Assembly: GCA_013239625.1 (NCBI GenBank)
Contig: MU053431.1
Span: 1,266,485-1,330,484, forward strand
Reading direction: 5' to 3'
Length of the DNA: 64,000 bases
DNA from: Lama guanicoe
Taxonomy: Eukaryota
In this document: piece by piece, positions 1 through 11,768 of the stretch
Numbering within the stretch: position 1 is the stretch's first letter
How the letters are laid out: every line of letters begins with the position of its first letter
Translations under genes and position numbers: made by a program
Notes under the pieces: generated by a model
Database searches by the model: none
What the model was told of the DNA's origin: nothing
The model's input: only the letters and a program-made list of their open reading frames with translations

Positions 1-60
1 GTAAAATGATTATAAATCAATAAAAAATGTTTTTAAAAAATCCAAAAAAAATAAAATAAA
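1..60 (+). mobile_element. 3' tail of the same young L1 family (cut by window edge)
   Basis: gtaaaatgattataaatcaataaaaaatgt is nearly identical to 50414-50442; A-rich tail follows. Confidence 0.7.
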
Positions 61-99
61 TTTGAAAAATGGGGGTAAAAAAAAAACTTAGGGGGAAAA

Positions 100-760
100 G
101 GGATTAAAAACGAGAAGGAAATGAGAGTTGATTGACTCAAGGAAGAACGGGGTGGGGGCAAAATTACCTCAGAAATGAATATAAATGGTAAGGCGCTCAG
201 GGGAGAAAAGACGCGAATGGAAGCGCAGCGAGAGGCAGAAGAGCACGAGCGCGGAGACGAGCCGGGCCCGGGACGGGCGGGCAGACGGGAGGCGCCACGG
301 AGGATGCGCCCGGAGCCACCCGGGCCCCGGCTGCGCGGCCAGGGGGGAGGCAGGGGCGGCACCTGAGCTGCGATCCGGGGAACCGGTCAAGAAGTGGGAA
401 AAACCAACCTACGTGGACTCAAAGGGCACCTGGGAAAATTATTAACCCGTAAAAGTCGACTTTGACACGGCCCCGTGGAACCGTCAGCTTCCCAAGCGGA
501 AGGCCTCCAGGTGACAGGAGAACACTAACGGTGAAGGTGAGAAGGCCAGCCTGGCCTCAGGCTTCTCCGCCAACACAGGACGCAGCGGAGCAGCGTTAAC
601 ACCCGCGGAACGCAAACGTGACCCAGCAATTTTACACCCAGCGTGGCTGTCCTCCACATCGAGCCACAGAAAACCCGTTCCAACGTGAACCGCTCAGGGG
701 ACGCTGCCCCTGAGGCCTTCATGAGGGCTCCGCCACGCACGGGGGGTCATCCCAGTGAGA
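100..760 (+). mobile_element. Highly decayed HAL1/L1 ORF1 remnant
   Basis: Purine-rich coiled-coil-like stretch and tgacccagcaattttacacccagc (PRILYPA-like); weakly similar to 6640-7260. Confidence 0.4.
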
Positions 761-2944
761 AAGGGCGGGGAAACCGCAGGAAAAGACAGGCGAAGTCAGC
801 ACTTGTACAAACATGCGTCCAGTGCCAGGGCGAAGGCAGGAGGCTGCGTGCGGGCGAGAGAGCAGAGCCGACGCAGCAGCAAAAGAAAGGGGCGGACCCA
901 GCACGGAACGCGCACCGGTGCCTCCACGCGTGGGGCTGCAGGAGAAGGCGGACCTGAGCCAAGACCCGGGGGCCGAGGACATCCAGAAAGGCTTCAGACA
1001 CAAGTAACCCCTAGAACACGACGACACACGTCCCCAAGTAGAAACAAACATTTCAGTTAAGGGGCAAAGAACACGCATCTCACAAACCCACCGCAGCAGC
1101 TGCGGAACAGACGCACGGAGGCCGGCCACGCCAGCTACACCAAGACAGGGGACGGGCTCACCTCGCCCGCGGACGGAAAAGCTCTCCAGCTGCAACTCAG
1201 AGAACAGGACCTGGCCGCGCAATCCACACAGGAGACACGCCTGAGGGAACAGCTACGACCCACGGGGGAGCAGAGCCTCTCCTGGGCTGACGGAAACAGG
1301 ACAAGGTAGCAGCCCCGACGCAGGTCAAAGGAGACGTGCAGCCCACTGGGCAAAGACAGACCCTTCTCAATGCTGGGAAGTCACAGCTCCCGGGAAGACG
1401 CAACACTGACAGACACTGCAATCCGTCACAGAGCAAGAACCACAGGAGGCGCCAGGAGATGACAATGGAAACACTGAGAACACAAGACTCTGGGACCCCA
1501 CACCCAGCACAAAACACATCAAGTGGGCAGAAGTAAGCAGAGACAGTCGGCCTGGCCAGTGAGGGGCACGCTGCGTACACCCTGTCCTGAGACGACGCCT
1601 TGTTCTCAAGCACCCACAGCACATTCACCAAACAGAGCACCCACGGTGCCCCACAGATCAGCAAAACTAAAACCCACGCGCCTCGTGCCGTGACGCTGGG
1701 GGGGAGCCCTCTCCATCAGAACCACTGGCGGGTGCAAACTGGCACAGTCCCCGGGGGAGCTTGGCGATGCCCGAGGAAACTTCCTTTGCACCTACCTTCA
1801 CTCCGACAGACACTCACAAGGTCACACGCCGCCCGCACACGAGGAAGGGAGGTAAACTAAGCTGCGCGGGCACCAAGAAGTACGCGCGGCTGTGAAAGAG
1901 ACCGGGGAGCGTCTGCACGCACGAGGTGACCAGAGCACGTTCCAGAGCGTGGCCCGTGACAATGGCCAGCTGCGCCCAGTGCTCGAACACGACGCTGCCT
2001 TTGGAGAAAGGGGAAAGAAGAGTGCACCAGCGCGCCGAGCAGAGGGGCCGCACCCCGAGTGCTCGCTTCCAGCACCGCCGGGCTCTGACGGCAAGGCCCA
2101 CGGGAGCCCGGTCCACACAAAGGGGCGGCAAGAAAAGCGCTCGTCTCAGGAACCCTGGGACGCAGAGTTCTGAGTGGACGCCGTACGGCTGGATGCAAAA
2201 AGCACTTTGCAGAAACACACTCCAGAGACTTCGTACGTTTCTTCCTCACAGGGCCTGGCAGCTCTGAAACTCCTTATCTACGAATTAGGACGAGACAAAC
2301 AGCAGATCTACTGTGATCGTGAGAACCAGGCCTCTAGCGCAAGGACAAGGGACAGCCGTGGGGAGCCCTGCCACGTCAGGATGGAGTCTGAGATCGGAGT
2401 CTCAGCCCAGACAGACAGAAACACAAACACGGGGCTGGGGCTGCCCCTGACCCGTAACCTGGCTGCCCCTTCAGGGGGCCTGAGCAGGACTGGCCACCCA
2501 GCGCCCAGACGCCGGTTCCTAAACATGAGCCCCAACAAAAGGAACCACGGCTCCTTAAGAAATGGTCATTTTCACTTTCGGCAGGAAAAATACACGGTAA
2601 GTCTGTGGAACGCATGTGGCGTGAAAACTGAGAAGTCTTCAGGAGGTGGCGCGTCACGTCAAGGAGACAGAGGAGCCACATTGAAGGAGCTGGCATTGGC
2701 AAAGGTGGGGCCACAGCGGCCCCACCACGGAGCGAAGCCGGTGCCCCCAAACAACTGCACGCTCTTCAAAAGCGTCCAGCCCAGGAAAGACAGGGCGCAC
2801 GAGGACCCGCCACCGCCTGGGGGCGCTGTGCAGCCGTCGGCCCAAACGCGGGGGGGCTCCTGGAGGGGTCCTGAGACAATCAAACCTGGGCAAGCGCCTG
2901 AGGAAGATACCGCTGGTTGAAAGAAAAAAGAAAATCTCCTCCAG

Positions 2945-3935
2945 ACTTAAGAGCTCTGAAAACTGAGCGGCAAGACAAACAACCCAATTAAAAAATGTAT
3001 CAAAGATCTTGACAGATGTCTCACCAGAGAAGATGTTCAGACGGCAAATAAGCACATGAAAGATGCTCCCTGTCGCGCGTCATCAGGGAAGCCCGAATTA
3101 AACCCACAATGAAATAACGCCGCACGCTCCAAACGGCCCAACCCAGAGCCCCGGCAGCACTGGGTGCCGGAGGGGACGCGGGGCGGCGGGGGCGCGCTTG
3201 CCCGCTGCTGGTGGGAACGCGGACCAGAGGGGCCACTTGGGCAGTGTTTTACAAAACTAAACACGCTCTTACCACACGATCCAGCAACCGCGCTGCTTGG
3301 TATTCACCCAAAGGAGCTGAAAAGTCGCGTCCGCACGAAAACCTGCACAGAGGTGTTTACAGCAGCTGCATTCACAGCTGCCAAAGCGTGGAGTCAGCCA
3401 AGATGTCCTCCAGGGGTGAGGGGGCTAGTAACCAGCAGTCCACCCAGACAGGGGAATGCTACTCCCTGATGAAAAGAAACAGCCATCGAGTCATGAAGAG
3501 ACACGGAGGGACCCTGGATGCACTTAACTAAGTGAGAGAAGCCAGTCTGGAAAGGCTACAGGCTGTGTGACTCCGTCGATATGACATCCTGGACACAAAG
3601 ACAAAACTTCAGAGACAAAAGGGCCAGTGGTTGCCAGGCTGGAGCGCGGAGGATTTTCAGGGCAGTGAGACCACCCTGCCTGACGTGGTGCTGGGTGCAT
3701 GTTGTCACATACGTTTGTCCAAATCCATAAACGTACACACAGGAGTGAGGCCTGATGTAAACCATAGACTCTGGGTGATTACGGCGTGTCTATGCAGGTC
3801 TGCCTGCGACAAACACACCACCTGTTGAGGCTGCCACGCACATGTGAGTGGCGGGGCCTGTGGGAAGTCTCTGTGCTTCCCATTCAACTTTGCTGTGGAC
3901 CTAACCTGCTCTAAAATATAGTTTACTAATTTAAA
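2945..3935 (+). mobile_element. L1 ORF2 end + 3'UTR (L1MC1/2-like)
   Basis: aacaacccaattaaaaaatg...gcaaataagcacatgaaaagatgctc; terminal caactttgctgtggacctaacctgctctaaaa; homologous to 41870-42885. Confidence 0.8.
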
Positions 3936-4399
3936 ATTAAATTCTGAAACACAAAATCAGATAAGGTCTCCAGTTAACAGCGCCATGCCCACGCCTCGCA
4001 CTGCGGGGCTGAGCAAGGGGCGCACCGAAACGCTACTGTTTTGGGTAACTTTTCTGCAAGTCTAAAACTAGCTCAAAATAAAGTGTTTTTTCAAAACACC
4101 CTAGGGAAATAATCCTAAACTAAAAAAAGAAAAAGAAATTAAGCATTATCTCTGATGAAAAAAGGCATATAAGACTTTTAAAGTTCAAGTTTCGTATTAA
4201 TTGTTACACGCGCAACACACAGGTGTCCCTAAAGTTCAAAACAGGCACAGGCGACAACGGGTGAAGCAGCTCCACCAGGACCTCTGGTGACGTGCCTCTC
4301 GCTGTCACCGAGGAGCCCTCTGTCCCCTCCCGACACGCCACACTCCTCCCCACACCCACGCCCGCCCTGTCAGTTTGGAAATGGGCACTTTTTCTATTC

Positions 4400-5875
4400 T
4401 TCAGAGGTCACCCTGGATATTTTAACACCTAAGGCAAAAGTTAATCACCATGCCTTTCCCACGTGCCCACCCCTCCTAGCACAGAGACCCCAGCAGGCAA
4501 AGGGGTTGTGGAATTGGTTACATTGAGCAAAAGAGAATAATGGGAACAAGATTTCTCAACTGTCTGCGAAGGGCTTCCTGAGTGAGGAAAGGGGGAGGCT
4601 ACAAAGAAGCCCTGAGGTGCTAGCCTGGAATCGGAGCATCTCAGACGCAGAGGGTTGTTTCAGATGCAGGAAGGGATACGCACACACACATGCACACACA
4701 CGCACGCATACGCACACACCTGCAGACATACAACATCCCCGGGCTCTGACCGCTGAGGGGCCTGGAAGCAGGGCCCCCAAAGCAATGAGCACACACGGAG
4801 CTCAGACTTGGTCTCTAAGTTCCACCCTCCACTGCCAGGAGCCAGGCTCCTGGGGGTCACTGCTGTGAGGGCAGGGGGAGGCACAAGAGGCACCTGGACA
4901 CCTCTCGTGTCAGTAAAAACACAACGCTTGAAGGACGAGGGCAACATTTCAAAAGGATATAGAAACCAGCATGAAGAAGCTTCCACTGACCAAATCTAGA
5001 AACAACGAGAGCATTGATCACAACCCTCCGAATGCAGCAGGAGTCCACGCGTCCACACACGCTGACGGATGAGTGAGCAGACGAACGGATGAGGGGGGAG
5101 AAGCTCTTCTTTACAACAGAAGGCAGCCAATAAATGGGGACAGTGTGATGGAAACAGGCCACACTCTGGCACCTACGCCTGCAGCCATTCCGCTGGGCAC
5201 AGAGGCCAGGGGGAGGCGTGACGGGGGACAGTGTCTGCGTGATCCCGGAGCACCTCCATCCTAAAGGCCTAACAGTGACCGCACAGCGGAGGAAGCTGGC
5301 TTCCTTAACCAGCGGCTTATCCAAGGGATCAAGACCAAGGTCACCAGTGGTAAGAAGGTCGAGACCGTGGGCCACGCGTGTGACGGCTGAGCGGAGCGCC
5401 CAGCAGCACTGAGGCATTTCTGCCCAAGTCGGACAGACCACGGGGGGAAGGGCCACCCCACAGAACAAAGGCCTGTCCTCTGTCACGCCGTCAGGGATAG
5501 GGGCACTGGGGAGGGATTCAAACCGCACGCTAACTGGTGCCGCACACGCCTGGGTCACAAAGAAAGACCAGGACAGGCGGTGAGGGGTCAGGGGTCCGGG
5601 GCTCACTGGTGCCTCAGGGTCGAGTTCCTGACGGGCCAGGGGGTGGAGGCGGGTGCAGTAACAGAAGAGCGTGTCCAGCAGGGTCAGTATCGAGGGGTGA
5701 CGGACGGAACAGCCCTTCAGAAAAAGATCTCATACCTGTTACATGTGGTATGTGCATGCACGCACGCACAAACAGGGGGGTGTGTGTGTAAAAGGGGTGA
5801 AATGTTCAGAACTGAGAATCTGAACAAAGGTTCTTACAACTTTCTGTAAGTTTGAAACTATTTTAAATTAAAAGA
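4400..5875 (+). mobile_element. Old L1 3'UTR (L1MC3/4-like), decayed
   Basis: aaaggatatagaaaccagcatgaagaagcttccactgaccaaatct; terminal caactttctgtaagtttgaaactattttaaattaaaag. Confidence 0.6.
4677..4719. repeat. Imperfect (CA/CG)n alternating purine-pyrimidine tract
   Basis: tacgcacacacacatgcacacacacgcacgcatacgcacacac. Confidence 0.85.
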
Positions 5876-5909
5876 AAGGCATTTGGAAACTGTTATTTTA
5901 TTCGGGAGA

Positions 5910-7350
5910 GACGATGGCGGAGGCATCGAAGTTTTCCAATCTTCCCAAAGGGCCACGTGAAGCACAGAGCCGCCTGGCCGCAAAACCAGGCACCAGCGGA
6001 CAACATTCAGAACAAAATCAGCAGAGATGAGCCCCAAGCGGCCACGGGCCGGGAAGCAGCTCCAAACAGTGCAGGGAAAGCAGCCCGACCCGCGAGGCCC
6101 GAGGCCCAGAGCCACGGGTGGCCCCTGGAGGGGAGGCTCCCAGGGGGCGGCCGCTGAAGCCGGGAGGGTTCTCCCCATCCGACGGCAGCCTTGCCGCCAG
6201 GACCCCGCCTCTGACAGCAGGGCTCCCGAGCACAGGGTCCCACGTAAGAGACTCGGGGTGGGGGGAGCCTGAAACCACACTGAGCACGGCAGGGACCAGA
6301 GAGACAAAAAAGCTCCAGGTAAGGGTCGGGCAGAAAGCAGAGCCCAGAAATCTCAACGGCAGAAATCGTCGCTGCGGGGAGGCAGCCTGAGAGGAGCTCA
6401 GCGAAGTCGGCAAACCTTCCTCCCCAGGGTCCGGGAAACTGGGGTCCCATGAACGTGCACGCAGAGACGTCAGAGCCCACACCAGGGGCCATGAGGAAAA
6501 AGAGTAACTTCCCAACAGATGATGAAAAAACACCAAAGAGACATAATCAAAAGGTCCAAACTGTTACATTGTTTCCAAACAAGCTAAAAAACACACTGGG
6601 AAAACGATAAAAGGCATGAAAGAACAACAGAAATCAGAACTAGCAGAACTCAGAAATGAAGTGACGAAGTCAAGAAAAAATGAGGAACAAAAGAAAATTC
6701 CGTTTGGGAAACAAAGGCTGCTCTCGGGAGACACAGGAGCAGGAGCACAGCAAACAGGCAGAAGGAGCGACAAGGGGGAAGGGCGAAGTGTCCCGCAGTT
6801 TTAAAGAGAGACTGAAAGGACTGAAGAAAAAATGACAAATACCGACGGGCTGTGAACACAGGAATCTCTGGAAAGGGTGAAACCAAGGAAGCGTCGCGCG
6901 AAGCGCCCCTGCAAACGGAGGGTTTAAAACTGCCCCCGAGAGCACAGCTCAGGACAGCCGGCCCCCGGCAAAGCGGCGCGGCCTGAAGGAGCAGAGCTCG
7001 GCGGGCAGCCCTGGGCAGAGGACACGCGCAGCACCCAGGGAGGGAAGTGAGACGATCGTCAGACTCCGACAGCAGCGTTTCCTCCCAGGGGAGCAAACAC
7101 CTGGAGCAACCACTTACTCAAGAAAGACTCTCAAGGAAGGGGGGCTGAGCCCAGGGCTTCACAGCCAGACACCGTCCTCCGAGTGTGAAGGGCACGAACC
7201 GCCATCAGAGTGCAGGACTCTGGGGAACGCGGCCCCACGAACCATCCCAGAAGGCTCCAGCAGGGGCTGAGACTCAGAAAACCACAGAGAAGAGTCACTG
7301 GCATTAAACAGAAAGTCCCTCGTGCCCTAAGAGAAAGAAGGGACAGGGAG
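5910..7350 (+). mobile_element. HAL1/L1 5' region with decayed ORF1
   Basis: Starts gatggcgga (L1 5'UTR-like). Coiled-coil remnant MKEQQKSELAELRNEVTKSRKNEEQKK at 6616. C-terminal remnant similar to 540-730. Confidence 0.5.
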
Positions 7351-7729
7351 AGAGGACAGCCCGCAACAGCCGGTGACTGTTCTGCGGCGAGCCAGACGTG
7401 CGCACGAGCCTGCCCGGAGTCAGGGTCACATCCTACACAGCACCCGCCCGACAAGCCCCAGACCGGACCTGGGCCGGGAGGCAAGGCTGCAGGTGAGACA
7501 TGCTGGGTCGGAGGGCTCCCTGCAGACCGTACCAGTCAGCAGAGCAACAAACAGAGCACAACACGCCTGGCGGGAACGAGCCCCCCAGCGGGTCTGAGCC
7601 AACAGCCAGCCCCTCAGAGGGAGGGGACTGCAACACGATGTCCCAGCAACGGCGCATGCAGCCAGAGACGCAGGGAAGCCAGAGCCGCCGTCAAGGGAAG
7701 AGCAGCCGGCAGGGCCTGGACCGGAGAGG

Positions 7730-8560
7730 GCCTAGATGCTGGACTTGACAAAACCAAGAGAGCAGGTCATAAACGGGTTCCAAGGACGATGGGAAAACTG
7801 GCCTCAGGAAGCGAGCAGACAGGGAAGTCTCTGCACAGAATCAGAAGCCGTAAAGACCTAAGTGGGAACCCAGAACCGCAAACACACAGACAAACGGAAG
7901 TGTAGGCACTGGCTTCGCGGCTGGACGGGGGCGGCAGGGAGCCCACGCGCTCAGAACGGGGGAACAGGGTCACGGAACACGAACGCGGGCTCAGAGACCC
8001 ACCGGGCACAGCGGAACGTCCCACAGAGGTACCGTGGGATTCCCAATAGAAGAAGGCTGGAACACAGGCAGTTTTGAAGAAATAAAGGCCACGGTGTTCC
8101 AAATTAAAAGAAAAACACTGACCGACAGTCCCAAGAAGCTCAGAGCAGCCCAAGCAGACTGAACACCACGAGACAAGTCTGGACACAACACAGACCAACG
8201 TCAGAAAAGCGAGACGACCATCTCAACACAGCCAGAGAAGTGACACACAGGACGGGAAAGAGGGTGAAGCCAGCGGGGCCTGAGCACAGTGGGACGGCGT
8301 CTCCAAGGACAGAGGTGGTCGCACATTTACGGTCGTTCCGGGTTTAAGAAAAAGAGTTTTGCAATCTTGCAAAATTCACTGGGCAACCTCCCACGGTTGT
8401 TGTGACCTGGGACGAGATAACACAGCTGAATCAGAGCAGGCTTTCCTGGGAAACGAGAAGGAGACCTGCAGGAACACAGAGGATCCAAGGAACAGAGGAA
8501 AACACAGAGAACGGCTGCAAGTCTTGGAATCAACTATCCCTTGTCAGTCTGCTGTTGTAC
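7730..8560 (+). mobile_element. Decayed L1 ORF1 fragment
   Basis: gggattccc...gttttgaagaaataaaggcc...ttccaaattaaaagaaaaacac...ccaagaagctcagagcagcccaagcag resembles the ORF1 GIPE...FEEI...FP.L...QEAQ..PSR segment. Confidence 0.55.
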
Positions 8561-9344
8561 AAGATTAAATGATACGTATCTGGATTTGCAAGAGACAGTG
8601 AATCTTAAATTTAAAATAGAAAAAAAAGTCAATGTTGAGGGAAATTTTCATCCAAAACTGAGGGTGAAACACAACCATTTTCGAGCAAACAAAAGCTGGC
8701 TGTCGCCAGCAGACCGCGCTGCAAGCAACGCTCACCGCTGCCCCTGAAGCCGAGGGCAAGCCGATGATGGGAACCTGGACTCGGGGAGGAATGGAGGATC
8801 CGAAACAGCGAGCCAGTCCATGGAAACACGATGCCTTCTTTCCTGCTGTCATTTACTTACAAGATAACTGACAGCTTAATGCAATAATAACGATACTTTA
8901 AAGTTGGGTTTGTAAATATATATACAGGTGTGACGGGAAACAAACAAGAAACTAACAAAACTTGGACAAACAGAAAAAGGTAACGAGTTTCCTTCCTCCT
9001 CGGAATCACTTTTTCTCTTGCAGGCTGGTCTCACTCCCGCTGCTCAGGAAGGACAGTTACCCCATGAGGGTCACCCTCCTGAACGCTTTCACGTTCATGT
9101 CTTTTCAAAGCCAGCCTAAATCCCATCACATCAAACTACACGACCAAACGTCCTCACGCAAAGAACTTCCAGCTCGCGTGAGATCCACGAACAAGCTGAT
9201 CTGAACACAAAGCCTCGAATGTAAAGCAGACACTCCCCGGGAGGTGAGACCCGTGTGAATGGTGAGGAAGCCCACCCGGCGGGCCGGGCCCCTGCAGTGA
9301 GCGCGCTGCCCAGGCCCCTCCAGCCCCGCCCCGGCGCTGCGCAC

Positions 9345-9464
9345 CTCTGCCCCCGACCCGGGGCCCGGGGAGTCCACCTTCCTCTTCTTTCTGGGCCCGA
9401 TGGCGGCCAGCGCCGTGAGGTTGGCGTCGCGCTGCCGCATCTGCGCCAGTTCCTGCTGCTGCAT
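9345..9464 (-). CDS. TAF4: TAF4 exon 14 (120 nt)
   Basis: aacgaag|ATG; MQQQELAQMRQRDANLTALAAIGPRKKRKVDSPGPGSGAE (basic NLS-like PRKKRK); donor GAG|gtgcgc. Confidence 0.96.
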
Positions 9465-9882
9465 CTTCGTTTGGAAAAGGAAACAGGACGGTCATCTCAT
9501 GCATGCTTTGTCTTACACACATACCCGAGGGCTTCCCAGTTTTTTTCTAAATTAAAATTTCTTTAACGTTTTGACATTTTTTTTAAACAGTAAGCATATT
9601 CTACAATCAGAAAAAGAATAAAACCGTAGATGCTCATCTTAAAGAGTTCGGAAAACACGAGCAAATTTTAAAACCACAGACTGGATGCACCAAATGAGAA
9701 ATCACCACTAGGTTTAAAGCCAGCAAGCACACAGAGGGCCTGCCCAGGAGACACCTCTGCAAACCTCGGAAGTCCCCACGTGAAGGCCGGCTGTGCAGAG
9801 ACACCGAGCTCCCCCGCCGGCCCCCCAACCCCCCCGCCGGGCCCTGGGCGTGAACACGAACACATCCAGTGCAGGTGCGTAC

Positions 9883-9939
9883 CTCCTTCGCCTTCTGCTT
9901 CAACCTTAACTGCTCGGGGTCTTCCTGTCTGGATCGAGA
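9883..9939 (-). CDS. TAF4: TAF4 exon 13 (57 nt)
   Basis: aaatag|TCT CGA; SRSRQEDPEQLRLKQKAKE; donor GAG|gtacgc. Confidence 0.96.
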
Positions 9940-10441
9940 CTATTTTTCAAAGACATAAAAATGAAAAGTAAGTTATGACCTGAACATTGTCATCTGACAA
10001 GTACGTTATCTTATTGGAGACAGAATAACATGCAGGTCATATGACAGAACAAGCAGTAACTTTTCCTGAAGTTTATAGTCAAAAGATGAAAATTTACCAT
10101 GAAAAACAAACGTTACTCCTGAGAAAGTCAACACCACTTGGACCTAAGAACTACGCAACATGGTCGGGCCACGTCCACCAGCTGCAGAATCTGATCAGAG
10201 GTGACGTGAGGACGGCGGGCCTGGGCGGCCCGAGGGCTGAAGGCTTAGCGGGGTCCTGCCCGCGTGCTGAGCGACGCACTGAGGTTCTGAGGCTCCTGCC
10301 CCAGCCCTGCTCCCTGCCCCACGCACCGTGTCTCCCAGGCCAGCCCCAGACCCCGCTGCAGCTCCAGGAAACCCCGCATGTGTCTGAGTGCCCAGGCGGA
10401 GGCGGGAAAGCCGTCCAACCGCGAGAACCGCAAGCACTTGC

Positions 10442-10567
10442 CTTTGCTGCCCGCATCAGGATCTCTCTTTCCTGCTCATCTTTCCTCTGCTTCTCGATCT
10501 GGTCCAGCTGCTCGAAAAACTTGAGCTGAGCCCGGACGTCACTTGCCTGCTCGTACCTGTCGTCATC
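10442..10567 (-). CDS. TAF4: TAF4 exon 12 (126 nt; GC donor)
   Basis: ttttgcag|GAT; DDDRYEQASDVRAQLKFFEQLDQIEKQRKDEQEREILMRAAK; donor AAG|gcaagt. Confidence 0.95.
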
Positions 10568-11334
10568 CTGCAAAAAAGCGAAAGCACCGTCTGTCATGAA
10601 CTCAGGAGCCTGCAGGATGGTCTGTGTGTGCCCCGCCCTCCCTCAGTCCAAGCCCGACGCCAGGACCCAGACCCGGGCCTCTGCGTCCAGACCTCCCTGT
10701 GGCCGAAGCGCTCTGGGTGGGGACCCGCTCTCAGGTGAGTGCCCCCGGGGCTCAGGGGCAACTTCCATTTACACACTTTGGTATCATTTAAAATTCTGTA
10801 CAATAACAAGAAATCTCTCTAAAGCAAAATGGCTGCATGCTTTTATTTGAAACTTTGCTCTGAAGGCGCTGTCGCCCCGCCACTCCACAGTGCCTTCCGG
10901 AACAGGGCCCGCGGGACTGAACGGGAAGGCGGATTGTGCTCAGAAAACTACTGTGAGGCTGGGGCTCTGGTGCGGGCAACCCCCTGCAGGACACGACGGG
11001 CGCTGCTCCGAGCACTGCTGCACGGGCGGGCTGCAGGCGAGCTTGGCCGCAGGGGCCAGAGCCCAGGGCGGACACGGGTGAAGATGCCACCATCTCCCAA
11101 GCTGAAGAGGCTGCCTTCCAGCACCCAGGAGGGCAGAGCCCCCAGGGCACATCCTCACGCAGGTCCCTCCCCCTTCCCCAGCCCAGCTGGACAGCTCCCA
11201 AGAACACCACGGGCGAAAAGTGGAATCCGCCCCAAATCTAGTTCTAGTTAAAATTCAAAACAAGGTCAATGCTCAGGCCACTCCCACCCCCCCGCCTCTC
11301 AGCAGGCCGCCCCCGCCGGACAGCGGCGGAGCAC

Positions 11335-11465
11335 CTTGTAGGAGAAGTTCTTCTGCTGGGCCGTCTCCGATATCTTCTCGACCAGGTTCTGCAGCCTCTG
11401 CTGCGTGGCGTGGGACACGTAACTCACCACGTCCGGGTGTAGCTCCGTTATGCCGTGCTTCTTCC
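11335..11465 (-). CDS. TAF4: TAF4 exon 11 (131 nt; histone fold)
   Basis: ctccccag|GG AAG; (G)KKHGITELHPDVVSYVSHATQQRLQNLVEKISETAQQKNFSYK; donor AAG|gtgctc. Confidence 0.97.
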
Positions 11466-11630
11466 CTGGGGAGCAGGCAACAGCTTACGATCACTGAAGC
11501 GCTTTTGTCTCCTTCACTGTTCTTTCCTGTGCAGCCTTAGGGCGGCCCGCGGGGCCGGCGGGTGCAGGGAGGGCGACACCTGCTTCAGCTCCCTGAGAAC
11601 ATCACCTCCCACCATGCGGAAAGCACGACC

Positions 11631-11744
11631 CGGGCAACACAGGTGCCAGGAACAAGGTGTGTCCCCCCAAACCCAGGACAGCGCCACACCAGGCGCGCGC
11701 TGGCGGCTCACACCACGCCCACGTGTGGATTCAGGGGTCCTGGG
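11631..11744 (+). repeat. 114-bp direct repeat, copy A (intron 10)
   Basis: Ungapped match to 13384-13497 with 12 mismatches in 114 nt (manual count). Confidence 0.93.
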
Positions 11745-11768
11745 GACAGCGAGGAGACCTGGGCGCAC

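Noticed and set aside
2174-2920. 248-aa plus-strand ORF
   Set aside because: Lies in decayed, GC-shifted repeat sequence with no domain or splice support.
1-9344. TAF4 terminal exon 15 (…RQRITRVNLRDLIFCLENE…)
   Set aside because: Not found on the minus strand by eye or in the ORF track. This stretch is mostly repeat-derived intron, so the exon probably lies beyond the left edge; this is not evidence of gene loss.
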